A DNA stretch of 64,000 nt, taken from the NCBI GenBank assembly GCA_965205505.1, contig CBDBHB010000006.1, forward strand, positions 160,001-224,000. The letters are read 5' to 3'. The stretch comes from Acidobacteriota bacterium (GTDB lineage: Bacteria; Acidobacteriota; UBA890; WLXD01). Below are positions 49,818 to 59,975 of the stretch, piece by piece. The notes beneath the pieces were generated by a model. The model ran no database searches. It was not told the DNA's origin and saw nothing but the letters and a program-made list of their open reading frames with translations. A program made the position numbers and the translations under genes. Every line of letters starts with the position of its first letter. The stretch's first letter is position 1.

Positions 49818-50897
49818 ATGAAGCCCCGAGGCATTCATCAGCTCTCGATCTCCGCAGCGCGCGGCGACGCCATCGGCAACGACATGCACCAGATTCGCTC
49901 AGCGCTTCGAGCCGCCGGACACGAGTCAGAGATCTTCGTCGAGTTGCTCGACTCCAGTATGGGCTCCGACGTGCATCCCTACCTCGAGTACCGCGACATC
50001 GCGTCGCCCGACAACGTCATGCTGCTGCACTACTCGATGGCCTCTCCTGTATCGAGAATGGTGGCTGGGCTCGACGACCGCCTCGTGTTGATCTACCACA
50101 ACATCACGCCACCCGAGTGGTTCGCACCATACTCGTTAGGACTCGCGCACAACTGCGCTGCCGGTCGACTCCAGCTCGCCAAGCTACGCGGCCGCACTAC
50201 CCTCGCTCTTGGCGTGTCCGAGTACAATCGCCGGGAGCTTGAGGAGCTCGGCTTCGAGCGCACGGCAGTGGTCCCGCTCCTGCTCGACTTGGCGGCCCTC
50301 GATGGGGCAGCGAGCGAGATCGTACTCGACCGTTACGACGACGATTATCCGACCTGGCTGGCTGTTGGGCGCGTGGCGCCGAACAAATGTGTCGAGGAAA
50401 TTGTACGAGCGTTCACGTATTTCCAGCGCTACGTCGACAATCGGGCCCGGCTGCTGATCGTTGGGGAGCACCGCCACGTTCTTCCCTACTACTACGCCGT
50501 GCAGCGGTTTGCCAGGGAGATCGACTCAAAGAATATTCGCTTCGTCGGTCATGTCTCGGACGCTGAGCTCAACGCCTATTACCGGGTAGCCGATGTTCTG
50601 GTGTGCCTGTCGGAGCACGAGGGATTCTGTGTGCCGTTGTTCGAGGCTACCCAAAGCGGCCTGCCAGTGATCGCGTTGGCGGCGGCAGGCATCCCCTACT
50701 CCACCGGCGGCGGCATGCTGATGGTGGAGGACACGGACCCGGCGCTCGTCGCCGAGACCGTAGCGTGCGTGCTGGAGGACGAGAATCTGCGAGCGAAATT
50801 GCTGTCGCGACAACGCCGCGTGCTCGACGAGATCGCCGCGGAATGCGTCGTGCGGTCGCTTTTCAGCCACCTGCGAGACATCGGTGTCGAGGCATGA
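49818..50897 (+). CDS. GT4 glycosyltransferase (type B)
   Basis: GDAIGN, YHNITP, GRVAPNK and SEHEGFCVPLFEA. Confidence 0.9.
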   Translation: MKPRGIHQLSISAARGDAIGNDMHQIRSALRAAGHESEIFVELLDSSMGSDVHPYLEYRDIASPDNVMLLHYSMASPVSRMVAGLDDRLVLIYHNITPPEWFAPYSLGLAHNCAAGRLQLAKLRGRTTLALGVSEYNRRELEELGFERTAVVPLLLDLAALDGAASEIVLDRYDDDYPTWLAVGRVAPNKCVEEIVRAFTYFQRYVDNRARLLIVGEHRHVLPYYYAVQRFAREIDSKNIRFVGHVSDAELNAYYRVADVLVCLSEHEGFCVPLFEATQSGLPVIALAAAGIPYSTGGGMLMVEDTDPALVAETVACVLEDENLRAKLLSRQRRVLDEIAAECVVRSLFSHLRDIGVEA

Positions 50898-50925
50898 CGG
50901 CGATGTGCCCGGGCAGAGTCGCCCG

Positions 50926-52005
50926 ATGAAGCCCGCAGCGATTCACCAGCTCTCGGTCTCCGCAACGTACGGTGATGCGATCGGCAACGAGGCTCTGCAG
51001 ATCCGCGATGCTCTTCGCGCGGCTGGACATGAGTCAGAGATATTTGTGGAGATCGTCGGTCCCCGCATGAACTTCGACGTACGACCGTACCGCGAGTATC
51101 GCGAGGTCGCGGCAGCAGACAACGTTGTATTGCTGCACTACTCGATGGGGTCCGCGGTCTCGCGGATGGCACGAGAGATCTCCGACCACCTTGTGCTCAT
51201 CTACCACAACATCACCCCGGCTGAATGGTTCGTGCCCTATCACTTGGGTATCGCGCACGCCTGCGCCGCCGGGCGTCTTCAGCTGGCCGCCTTACGCGAG
51301 CGAACGGCGCTGGCGCTGGGAGACTCCGAGTACAACCGCCGGGAGCTCGAGGAGCTGGGTTTCGATCCCACCGGCGTCTTGCCATTGTTGCTCGACCTCG
51401 ACAGCCTCGACGCGCATGCAGATCGCATGGTGCTCGAGCGGCACGAAGAAGATCGCACGACCTGGCTGTTCGTTGGACGCATCGTCCCCAACAAGCGCTT
51501 CGAAGACCTCATCCGCGCGTTCGTCTACTACCGACGCTACATCGACCACCGCGCTCAGCTGATCATGGTTGGCGATTACGGGCCGTTCGGCTACTACTAC
51601 TACGCGTTGCAGAGGTTCATGGAAGAGAATACCGGCAGCGACGTTCAATTCGTAGGCCACGTGCCCGAGGAGGAGCTTCGCGCCTACTACCGGATCGCTG
51701 ACATCTTCGTTTGTCTTTCGGAGCATGAGGGCTTCTGTGCGCCGTTGTTCGAGGCCATGCACTGTGAGATACCCGTGGTTGCATTCTCGGCGGCCGCGAT
51801 TCCCTACTCGACTGGTGGCGGCGTTCTCCTACTAGAGGACAAGGATCCCGCCATCGTGGGCGAGACAGTTGCCTGCATTCTGAGCGACGCCGGCCTGCGC
51901 CGGCGTCTGCTGGCGAGGCAACGACGGGTGCTCGAGCAGGTCGATCCAGCGCGTGTGCTCGAGACCTTGTTCGCACATCTGAACGGGATCGGGATCGAGG
52001 TATGA
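50926..52005 (+). CDS. GT4 glycosyltransferase (type B'), tandem paralog
   Basis: Same length and motifs as the previous gene. Confidence 0.9.
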   Translation: MKPAAIHQLSVSATYGDAIGNEALQIRDALRAAGHESEIFVEIVGPRMNFDVRPYREYREVAAADNVVLLHYSMGSAVSRMAREISDHLVLIYHNITPAEWFVPYHLGIAHACAAGRLQLAALRERTALALGDSEYNRRELEELGFDPTGVLPLLLDLDSLDAHADRMVLERHEEDRTTWLFVGRIVPNKRFEDLIRAFVYYRRYIDHRAQLIMVGDYGPFGYYYYALQRFMEENTGSDVQFVGHVPEEELRAYYRIADIFVCLSEHEGFCAPLFEAMHCEIPVVAFSAAAIPYSTGGGVLLLEDKDPAIVGETVACILSDAGLRRRLLARQRRVLEQVDPARVLETLFAHLNGIGIEV

Positions 52006-53129
52006 CTGCCAGGCGCATCCGTGTTGATCAGCTGCTACCGGCGGCGCACGTGCGCGACGCCACCGGCGACTCCGCGCTGCATCTCGCAGCGGGCCTTGAG
52101 CGTGCCGGGTTCGAGGCCGGAATCTATGCGCTGACCATCGACCGCGAGCTGGCCGGACGCGTGAAGCCACTGCGCGCGTTCGAGCCACCCGGAAGCACCG
52201 ACGTGACGATCCTCCACTATGCGCTGGCCTCGCCGCTCGACAACACCTTGCTGAATTGCGCCGGCAAGCGGGTGATCGTCTACCACAACCTCACACCGCC
52301 GGAGATGCTGCTTCCCCTGTGTCCGGAGGTTGCGCGCCTCACCAAGATAGGTCGCGATCAACTTGTCGAGCTAGCGCGGTCGGAAGGCGTCGACCTGGCG
52401 ATCGGCGTGTCCGAGTACAACACCGAGGACCTCCGCAGAGTGGGCTTCTCGAGGACGACGACGTTGCCCCTGCCGATCGACCTCCAACGCTATGACGTGG
52501 CGTCGAAGCCGGTCTTCGCCGAGCAGCTCGCCTGGCCCGGTGAGGTCTTCATGACCGTTGGGCGACTGTCGCCCAACAAGCGCCTCGAAGACTTCCTGCG
52601 AATCGCCGCCTACTACAACCACTACGTGCATCACTCGTCGCATTTCTACATCGTCGGCGGCGGGAAGGGCATGGAGGCCTATACGACGGCGCTGATGAAT
52701 CTGTTCTACGAGCTTGATCTGACCAACCGCGTCGTGTTTCTCGGGCGCGTGTCCCATCGGGATCTCGTAACACTGTACCGCGCCGCCGACGCCTACCTTT
52801 GCACGAGTGTCCACGAGGGCTTCTGCGCGCCATTGATCGAGGCCATGCACTTCGGCGTCCCGATTCTGGCGCGCCACGCAGCAGCGATACCGGAGACCCT
52901 CGGGGACGCTGGGGTGACCTACAGCGATGATGACCCGGCGCGGGTCGCCGAGGCACTGTGGATCTTGTGTCATGACCAGCCGATGCGAGCGCGCCTCCGG
53001 AACAACGCGCGCCGAAGGATCGCGCATTTCGCGCCCGGTACCGTGATCCCACGATGGATCTCCGCGCTTGCCGAGCTCGCCGGCGTACCGACCGACGCCG
53101 TCCCCGATGCCTCGGTGGGATCGTCGTGA
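52002..53129 (+). CDS. GT4 glycosyltransferase (type B'')
   Basis: YHNLTP, GRLSPNK and SVHEGFCAPLIEAM. Confidence 0.9.
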   Translation: MTARRIRVDQLLPAAHVRDATGDSALHLAAGLERAGFEAGIYALTIDRELAGRVKPLRAFEPPGSTDVTILHYALASPLDNTLLNCAGKRVIVYHNLTPPEMLLPLCPEVARLTKIGRDQLVELARSEGVDLAIGVSEYNTEDLRRVGFSRTTTLPLPIDLQRYDVASKPVFAEQLAWPGEVFMTVGRLSPNKRLEDFLRIAAYYNHYVHHSSHFYIVGGGKGMEAYTTALMNLFYELDLTNRVVFLGRVSHRDLVTLYRAADAYLCTSVHEGFCAPLIEAMHFGVPILARHAAAIPETLGDAGVTYSDDDPARVAEALWILCHDQPMRARLRNNARRRIAHFAPGTVIPRWISALAELAGVPTDAVPDASVGSS

Positions 53130-54298
53130 AGCTGACCATGGTCGTGCAACGTTACGGCGTCGATGTGGTCGGCGGCGCCGAGCGCCTCTGTCGCGGGGTG
53201 GCAGAGGGGCTCGCGGAGCTGCACGACGTTCAGGTACTCACATCGTGCGCAATTTCCTACCGCACCTGGGCCAACCACTATCCAGCCGGCAGGGAGATGC
53301 TCAACGGCGTGCGGTTGCACCGCTTCCGCACCGAGCGCGAGCGCCAGATGCCGCACTTCAACAACCTGTCAGACAAGCTCTTCTCCGGCCCGTCCACCCC
53401 AGCCGACGAGATCGCATGGATCGACGCACAGGGACCGTTCGCGCCGACGCTCGTCGACTACCTACACGCCGGCAACGGCGACGCCGATGTCCTGCTGTTT
53501 TTCACCTACCTCTACTATCCGACCGTGCATGGCATCCACGTTGCCCCTGAGCGCAGCGTTCTCGTGCCCACCGCCCACGACGAGGCGCCCTTCTACCTCG
53601 ACACCTATGAGGCGGTGTTCAGGCTCCCGGCGGGGTTGGTATTCAACACCGAGGCCGAGGCCGAGCTGGTCAGACGACGCTTCCCAGATGCTCGGCAGCC
53701 GTCACGCGTTATCGGCGTCGGGGTCGAGGATCTGGATTTGCTCGAGGCTGCCGGCGCGGCTGTTGAGCCATCGCCGGGCGCGGCGACGTTGCTGTATGCC
53801 GGACGAATCGAAGAGGGCAAGGGGGTAGGTGAGCTCATCGCGTACGTGCGTCGCTACCGCTGCGATACCGGGCAGTCACCGACGTTGTGGCTGATGGGTG
53901 AAGTGGCTATGGAGTTGCCGGAAGAGTCGTGGATCAAGGCTCTTGGCTTCGTATCGCACGAGGAGAAACGTCGCCGGCTCGCTGAGGCGACGGTGCTGGT
54001 AGCCCCGTCAGCACTCGAAAGTTTCGGCATCGTGCTGCTGGAGGCGAACGCGGCCGGCACCCCGGTGCTGGCAAATGCGGCCAGCGGTGCCTACGTCGAA
54101 CATTGCCAGCGGGGTGGCGGTGGCCTTTGGTACCAGAACTTTGGAGAATTTCGCGAAGCTCTCGATCTGTTGCTGCGAGATACGGCGCTGGCCTCGTCGT
54201 TGGCGCGGCACGGGGGACAATACGCCCGCGACCGCTACTCCTGGAAAGCAATCGCGGCGAAGTACGAACGCTTCTTGACGGAGCTGCTGGGCCGTTGA
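53126..54298 (+). CDS. GT4 glycosyltransferase (type A')
   Basis: VVQRYG..GGAE, LVPTAHDE and ESFGIVLLEA. Confidence 0.9.
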   Translation: MKLTMVVQRYGVDVVGGAERLCRGVAEGLAELHDVQVLTSCAISYRTWANHYPAGREMLNGVRLHRFRTERERQMPHFNNLSDKLFSGPSTPADEIAWIDAQGPFAPTLVDYLHAGNGDADVLLFFTYLYYPTVHGIHVAPERSVLVPTAHDEAPFYLDTYEAVFRLPAGLVFNTEAEAELVRRRFPDARQPSRVIGVGVEDLDLLEAAGAAVEPSPGAATLLYAGRIEEGKGVGELIAYVRRYRCDTGQSPTLWLMGEVAMELPEESWIKALGFVSHEEKRRRLAEATVLVAPSALESFGIVLLEANAAGTPVLANAASGAYVEHCQRGGGGLWYQNFGEFREALDLLLRDTALASSLARHGGQYARDRYSWKAIAAKYERFLTELLGR

Positions 54299-54308
54299 GC
54301 CTCGTAGA

Positions 54309-54725
54309 TCAGCGGCGCTCCAGCCATCGATCCAGCGTGGCCACGTCGTCGGCGCGTGGTGCCCACAGCAACATGAGCACCATCAGCGCCCGCGGCACCA
54401 CGTGGGTATGGAAAGCGTAGAGCGGCTCCGCCAGCAGGTGGCCGAAGGTCACGACCACGAGCACGCCAGCGAGCGTTAACAGCGCCAGCCGGACCCGGAG
54501 GCCGATGAGCAGCATCGCCCCGGCGACAAGCTCGACGAGGGGAATCGTGACGCCGACGATCCAGAGCGACCAGCTAGGCAGAAACGAATCAGCATACCCG
54601 CTTATGAAGAACTGACGAGCGTGCTCGATGGGCCCGAGGTCAAAGACCTTCCAGACGCCGGCCATGAAGAAGATCAATCCGAGCAGCACCCTGACGAAGA
54701 GCAGCGCCCAGGCACGATCGGGCAT
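54309..54725 (-). CDS. DoxX family membrane protein
   Basis: RVLLG.IF..AG.WK and EL..G..LLIG. Confidence 0.8.
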   Translation of the reverse strand: MPDRAWALLFVRVLLGLIFFMAGVWKVFDLGPIEHARQFFISGYADSFLPSWSLWIVGVTIPLVELVAGAMLLIGLRVRLALLTLAGVLVVVTFGHLLAEPLYAFHTHVVPRALMVLMLLWAPRADDVATLDRWLERR

Positions 54726-54831
54726 CACCAATCCGGCAGCTTCCGGCGCTGCCAGTGCACGCCGAGAAATACGGCGCGGTCCCCGTGGGCCGCGCCCCTC
54801 AAAGTGAACGGTGTCGCGCCAGATTCGACCG

Positions 54832-55950
54832 TCAGCTTCCGGCCTGTTGGCGACGAATGCGCTCCTTGACGCGATCGATTGCCTCCGTCGTCTTGGTCTG
54901 TGCCGAGATTGCAACGGAGTCCTCGAGAGCCAAGAGCGCGTCCTCGAAGCTACCTACCTTCTCGTACATGAAGCCGAGATCGTACAGACAGTCGGCGCGG
55001 GTCGTACTGCCACCCTCGAGATACCTGAGGGCACTCGTATAGGAGGAGATCGACTGCGCGTCGTTCCCCGCGGCCCCGTATGCCTGCCCCAAGTTGTAGT
55101 GCGCGTTGCCGTTCGAGCTGCGAGCCTGAACAACCTGAGTCAGCTGTGCGATGGCATCGCTATAGCGGCTCGCTCCGAGATAGGCACGCCCCATCATGTT
55201 GCGAATCTGCATGTTCTGCGGATCGCTCTGCACAGCCTGCTCGAGGTAGCGCACGGCCTGGGACCAATCGGCTTCGTTCAAATAGAGGCGCCCGAGGTTC
55301 GTGATGGCGCTGACGTTACTGCGATCCAGCGTGAGCGTCTTCTCGAACCACGTACGCGCCTGGCCCACATCGCCGGCTTCCATGTGCGCACGGCCGAGCT
55401 TGCTGGCAACGTCGGCGTCGGTGTTACGAGTTGCGGCGGCGTCACTCAGATGCCGGACCGCATTGCGCCAGTCTCCTTTGAAATAGTAGGCCTGCCCAAG
55501 CGTTTTCGCGTGAACGGCTCGCTGGCCTGCGCTTGTGGCGTACTTGCCAGCCTCGTTCTCGGCCGCGATCGCGCGATCGTAGTCACCGGAGTTTCCGCGC
55601 GCGACGTATACCTGCGCCAGGCTGTTGTTGGCTGACCAGCGTTCTGAATCTTCGGAGATCAGCTCGAGCGCCGTCTGCAGCTCGGAAATCGCCTCGTCGC
55701 GCTGACCGCGCTGCCCGAGACAGACGCCGAGGACCATGTGCAGCCAACCCCAGCGGTCATACGCTTCGCCGCCAGCGCGGAGCGCGTTCTGCATGTTGTC
55801 GATGCAGCCTCGGAAGTCGTCGCTCTGGAAAGCCTGCTGTCCGGCCCGCCAAAGCGCATCCGGATCCTGCGCCAGCGCCGGAGACGGCCACGCCAGCGCA
55901 GCCATGATCATCAATATGGGTAGAGCTTGCGAGAATCTTCGAGTGTTCAT
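54832..55950 (-). CDS. Exported tetratricopeptide-repeat protein
   Basis: Multiple TPR-like units (e.g. AHYNLGQAY); signal peptide. Confidence 0.85.
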   Translation of the reverse strand: MNTRRFSQALPILMIMAALAWPSPALAQDPDALWRAGQQAFQSDDFRGCIDNMQNALRAGGEAYDRWGWLHMVLGVCLGQRGQRDEAISELQTALELISEDSERWSANNSLAQVYVARGNSGDYDRAIAAENEAGKYATSAGQRAVHAKTLGQAYYFKGDWRNAVRHLSDAAATRNTDADVASKLGRAHMEAGDVGQARTWFEKTLTLDRSNVSAITNLGRLYLNEADWSQAVRYLEQAVQSDPQNMQIRNMMGRAYLGASRYSDAIAQLTQVVQARSSNGNAHYNLGQAYGAAGNDAQSISSYTSALRYLEGGSTTRADCLYDLGFMYEKVGSFEDALLALEDSVAISAQTKTTEAIDRVKERIRRQQAGS

Positions 55951-56042
55951 GGGTCACCTGCTACGGATCGGGCTCCTCGCTACCAGGGTCTCATTGTAGC
56001 GGGGAGCCCGTGTATCTAGCCAGGAATAGCCGCTTGGCGCGG

Positions 56043-56774
56043 CTACTGGAGCTGGAACTGCACCGTAACCGTCAGCAGAATCTCTACCGGACGGCCGTTA
56101 TAGAAGGTTGGTGTGTACTGCCACTCCGACACCGCTTTGACCGCGGACTCATCGAGTCCGAGTCCCAGTCCGCGCAGGATGTTTACATTCGTTACGGCCC
56201 CTTCGCGGTTGATCGTCGCCTCGAGGATGACCACGCCGGCGAGCCGAGCACGACGCGCCAGCTCGGGGTACTCAGGTGCGATGTAGTTGATACGCTCAGG
56301 GGCCTGAATGTCGCCTCCAACGCGCATCGGTCCTTGGTCGATGACCGGCGGACCGCCCACGGGCCCGCCCACCATGAAGTCCGTGTCGACGCGCTCTTCC
56401 TCCATCTCGATGTATTCGACCTCGGCCTCGACGATCGGCTCTGGATCATCGGGGGTCGGGTCGGGGATCGGCACACGCGCGGTCCTCTTCTTGACGATTT
56501 TCTTCTCGGGCTGCTGCTTGGGCGGCTCGGGCGGCTTGTAGCGCTTGATCACCACCGCTTCCCGCGCCTGCTCATTCGCCTCGCTCCCGCCGAACTCCGG
56601 GAAGACCACTACGAACAACAGGAAATGGATCAGGAACGCACCGATCCAAGCAGCCTTCATGGGTTGCGACGAATCCTCCTTGATCGACGCTTCAAGAGCC
56701 ATCGACTGCAGCGGGCTTTCGTCGGATGGTACGGGTGCCTTGGCTCCTTCAGCGGTCTTGCCTTCGTCGACCAT
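56043..56774 (-). CDS. tonB: TonB family energy transducer
   Basis: TM anchor, Pro-rich linker, PEYPELARRAR..G.V and WQYTP. Confidence 0.9.
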   Translation of the reverse strand: MVDEGKTAEGAKAPVPSDESPLQSMALEASIKEDSSQPMKAAWIGAFLIHFLLFVVVFPEFGGSEANEQAREAVVIKRYKPPEPPKQQPEKKIVKKRTARVPIPDPTPDDPEPIVEAEVEYIEMEEERVDTDFMVGGPVGGPPVIDQGPMRVGGDIQAPERINYIAPEYPELARRARLAGVVILEATINREGAVTNVNILRGLGLGLDESAVKAVSEWQYTPTFYNGRPVEILLTVTVQFQLQ

Positions 56775-56788
56775 CGTCTTCCCCCCGC

Positions 56789-57223
56789 TCAGCGAATGTT
56801 GCCCCACGAGGCTTTTTCGGCCGCGGTGGGAATCGAGATGTTCTTGACCTGTGCCTGCTTGAGCTCGTCGAAGGCATGCACCATGCACTTGTACGGAGCC
56901 TCAGGATCCGGATCGATGATGACGAACTTGTTCGGATTCCTGGCCAGCTTGGGCTCGATATAGATCTGGATGTCGCTCAAGCTCATCTGCTCCCGATCGA
57001 CTTCGTAGACGCAGTCGGCGCCGGCTGGGATCACGTGAATGTGGATCGCCTCCTCCTGACTCGAATCAGGAGGCGTGTCCTGGTTCTTCGGCAGCTGAAA
57101 CTCCAGGCCCCGCGTTACCGAGAATACCGACGTGATCATGAAAAACACGATCAGCAAGAAGGCGATATCAGCCATCGAGGCGGTCGGGATTTCGACGTCG
57201 CTTCCCTTTTTCTTGAGCTTCAT
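56789..57223 (-). CDS. exbD: ExbD/TolR family protein
   Basis: SMADIAFLLIVFFM. Confidence 0.9.
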   Translation of the reverse strand: MKLKKKGSDVEIPTASMADIAFLLIVFFMITSVFSVTRGLEFQLPKNQDTPPDSSQEEAIHIHVIPAGADCVYEVDREQMSLSDIQIYIEPKLARNPNKFVIIDPDPEAPYKCMVHAFDELKQAQVKNISIPTAAEKASWGNIR

Positions 57224-57235
57224 GACCTCCCCCTT

Positions 57236-57655
57236 TTATTCGACGCCTTCTTGCTGCGTCAGCATGGCGATGTTGCGGACAGATGCCTGCCGTAGCTGCT
57301 CCATCACCTGGTCGACGAACTGATACTGCGCATCGCCGTCGGCCTTGATGATGAACCACATGAGTGAGTTTTTCTCGATCACGAAAGCGGCCGCCGGCAG
57401 CACGTCGCTCATGTTGATCACGTGGCTCTGCTCGGTGCCGTCTGAGAAGTGCACTACGCCATCTCGCTCGACCGCAACCACAGCCGCGTCCTTCGGAACC
57501 TCGACTCTTTCGAGACTCGTCGGAAGGGCCACCGCGGTGCGATCGACCGTAATGCTGGTCGTGATCATGAAGAACACGATGAGCAGGAAAGCGATATCTG
57601 CCATCGATGCAGTCGGAATCAGGGAATCCGGCCGTTTCGACTGTTTTATTCGCAT
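57236..57655 (-). CDS. exbD: ExbD/TolR family protein
   Basis: SMADIAFLLIVFFM and IKAD. Confidence 0.9.
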   Translation of the reverse strand: MRIKQSKRPDSLIPTASMADIAFLLIVFFMITTSITVDRTAVALPTSLERVEVPKDAAVVAVERDGVVHFSDGTEQSHVINMSDVLPAAAFVIEKNSLMWFIIKADGDAQYQFVDQVMEQLRQASVRNIAMLTQQEGVE

Positions 57656-57710
57656 AGGGTCACCTTGGCTCCGTCGCGCCTGAGGGGAAGCGCTATGTCC
57701 GAGTCGGAGC

Positions 57711-58346
57711 TTACTCCGAGTCCATCTCGGCGTAGGTCTCGAGCAGGACGTTTGCTGCCGTCTCCATCTCGAGCACGAACTTGCCGACCACACCCGTGAA
57801 GTAGTTGAACGCGATCAGCACGGGCACCGCAACCACGAGACCGCCGGCGGTCGTGATCAACGCCTCGGAAATACCCTTGGCGACCAGACCCGGGTTCGAC
57901 AGACCGGCACGCGCCAACGCGTCGAATGAGTTAATCATACCCGACACCGTACCCAGGAAGCCAACGAGCGGTGCGGTGTTGGCCACGGTGGCCAGCACGC
58001 CGAGACCACGCTCGAGCCGATGCAGCTCGTGGGCCGAGGCCGACTCGATAGTACGCTCGATCTCCTCCTGGGGACGACCGTGCTTGATCAGGCCCGCCTT
58101 CATGATGTTCGCGATGGGGCCCTGATACTCCTCGCATACCGTGATCGCTTCCTTCACGTTGCGTCGCTTTAGGAGTGCGGTACGGATTCTGCCGATGAAT
58201 TCCTGCGTGTTCACGCGGGCCTTCCACATAGCGTAGAAACGCTCGATGACGAACACCAAGCCAACCAGCGAGAACATGAGCAGCACGTGCATGAACGGGC
58301 CGCCCTGGTTGTATAGGCGGAACAGATTTCCCGCAGTGAAACTCAC
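57711..58346 (-). CDS. exbB: MotA/TolQ/ExbB proton channel
   Basis: APLVGFLGTVSGM and GISEALITTAGGL. Confidence 0.9.
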   Translation of the reverse strand: MSFTAGNLFRLYNQGGPFMHVLLMFSLVGLVFVIERFYAMWKARVNTQEFIGRIRTALLKRRNVKEAITVCEEYQGPIANIMKAGLIKHGRPQEEIERTIESASAHELHRLERGLGVLATVANTAPLVGFLGTVSGMINSFDALARAGLSNPGLVAKGISEALITTAGGLVVAVPVLIAFNYFTGVVGKFVLEMETAANVLLETYAEMDSE

Positions 58347-58650
58347 GTCAGCTTCCTCCCGTTGAGATACTTCAACAGCCCGCGACAAGAGCGCGTGGCG
58401 AGCTAGGCTGTGGCGATTCGCCCCGAGGGCTCGCAGTGCCGCCTCGGCGCCTCCTCCACTGGGTCTACGTAGGTTTGGCCCGATGCTTTTAGCACGTAGC
58501 GGAAAACACTGTCAACAACGAGCCCTCCTGCCAGAGACATCTGGCCAAGCGCAATCTCCGGTTTCTCACCCGATTTCGAGCGGGTCGGCCGTTAGAATCG
58601 ACCCGGCCCTGACTCCGTTGGAGGGCCACAGCCACCGCTCGGGTCAGCCC

Positions 58651-59913
58651 TCATTCGGCAAAGTACCCTGGACGCGACCTGACCTGTCTCGTCTTCTCTG
58701 ACCCGCGCGCCGCGAGGAGAACCTCGACACTCCGCCATTCGCCAGAGCCGCCGGCAGACTGCGGCTCGTAGGTGAGACGGTGCTGCTGGCGCAGGTCATC
58801 GGCGATGGTGTCGTAAACCTTCCGCGGATCGCCCAGAGTGCTCAGGTGCGACACTCGTCCGCCAGTCGCGACAGCCATCTTCTCGAGCACCCAGCGCTCG
58901 AAGAAGTAGCGCGCGCCGACGCCAACGCCGACTGGATAGATGGCGACCTCGGCGCGTTGCGCGGCGCGGATGGCATCGGCAAGCTCGGCGGTGCTGTTGG
59001 CATCGTGCCCATCGGTGAGTATCAGCAGGGCACGCCTCCCCGTGTGTCCATCGAACGCTTGCGACGCCGTGACGATGGAATCGTAGAGGCGCGTGTAGCG
59101 GCCGGCGGTGACCAGATCAAGCGACGCGGACAGTCGATCGACATCGTCGGTGAACTCCTGCAGCACCAACGGCACATCCGCAAACGACATCACGAACGCC
59201 TTGTCGTGCTGCTGCTGCATGAGTCGGTCGACGAACCCGCCGGCCGTCTCGAGGGCGTATCCCAGGCGCTCAATCATGCTGCCGCTACAGTCGATCAGCA
59301 GCCCGATCGAAAGCGGTAGATTGCTGCTATGCTCGACCGCGAGGATCAGCTGGTCGACACCCTCTTCGGTGATCAGAAAATCGCTCGAGTCCAACGGACG
59401 ATCGGGCAGATGCTTCTTGTTCACGTGCACGTACATCTCGACGCGCTCCACCCGGCTGGTGAACCCGCTCGTCCGGTCGACGTCAGGTGGCGCCGCGGTA
59501 TCGACGACATCCTCGACGATCTCTCCCGCCGACCCGTAGGCGCGCGCAACGATGCGATGTGGGACCAACTCCCGCGTCCGCCAAACCAGCTCATACGGTA
59601 CGGTGGCATCGGAGAACAGCAACTTGCCGTCGACCTCGAACTCGACGAACAGCACGGCCTCGGGTCGATCGACATCAACTTCTGCGCGGAGCTCGACCCG
59701 ACCCAGAACTTGCTCGCCGGATGCTGGAGCCGTGAGGCGAACGGCGAAGTCAGGTAGCAGCAAGGAGCGACCATGCGACCCATCCTGGATCGTCGCGCCC
59801 ACCGACACAGCGGCGCGAACAGGGTAAGCGCTCAGCGCCGCCAACGATATGTCCCCGGTGACCGCGAGGACCACGTAGGCCCACGCGAATCTCGATGGAC
59901 CAGCGTATCGCAA
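58651..59913 (-). CDS. Ig-like plus VWA domain protein (start uncertain)
   Basis: MIDAS DCSGSM, T.LYD, LTDG.D and RSRPGY terminus. Confidence 0.85.
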   Translation of the reverse strand: MRYAGPSRFAWAYVVLAVTGDISLAALSAYPVRAAVSVGATIQDGSHGRSLLLPDFAVRLTAPASGEQVLGRVELRAEVDVDRPEAVLFVEFEVDGKLLFSDATVPYELVWRTRELVPHRIVARAYGSAGEIVEDVVDTAAPPDVDRTSGFTSRVERVEMYVHVNKKHLPDRPLDSSDFLITEEGVDQLILAVEHSSNLPLSIGLLIDCSGSMIERLGYALETAGGFVDRLMQQQHDKAFVMSFADVPLVLQEFTDDVDRLSASLDLVTAGRYTRLYDSIVTASQAFDGHTGRRALLILTDGHDANSTAELADAIRAAQRAEVAIYPVGVGVGARYFFERWVLEKMAVATGGRVSHLSTLGDPRKVYDTIADDLRQQHRLTYEPQSAGGSGEWRSVEVLLAARGSEKTRQVRSRPGYFAE

Positions 59914-59975
59914 GATCGAATTCGCCTCCCATCCCTACGAACGACGCCGTGGGCAACGCGGCGCCCGGTAACTGG

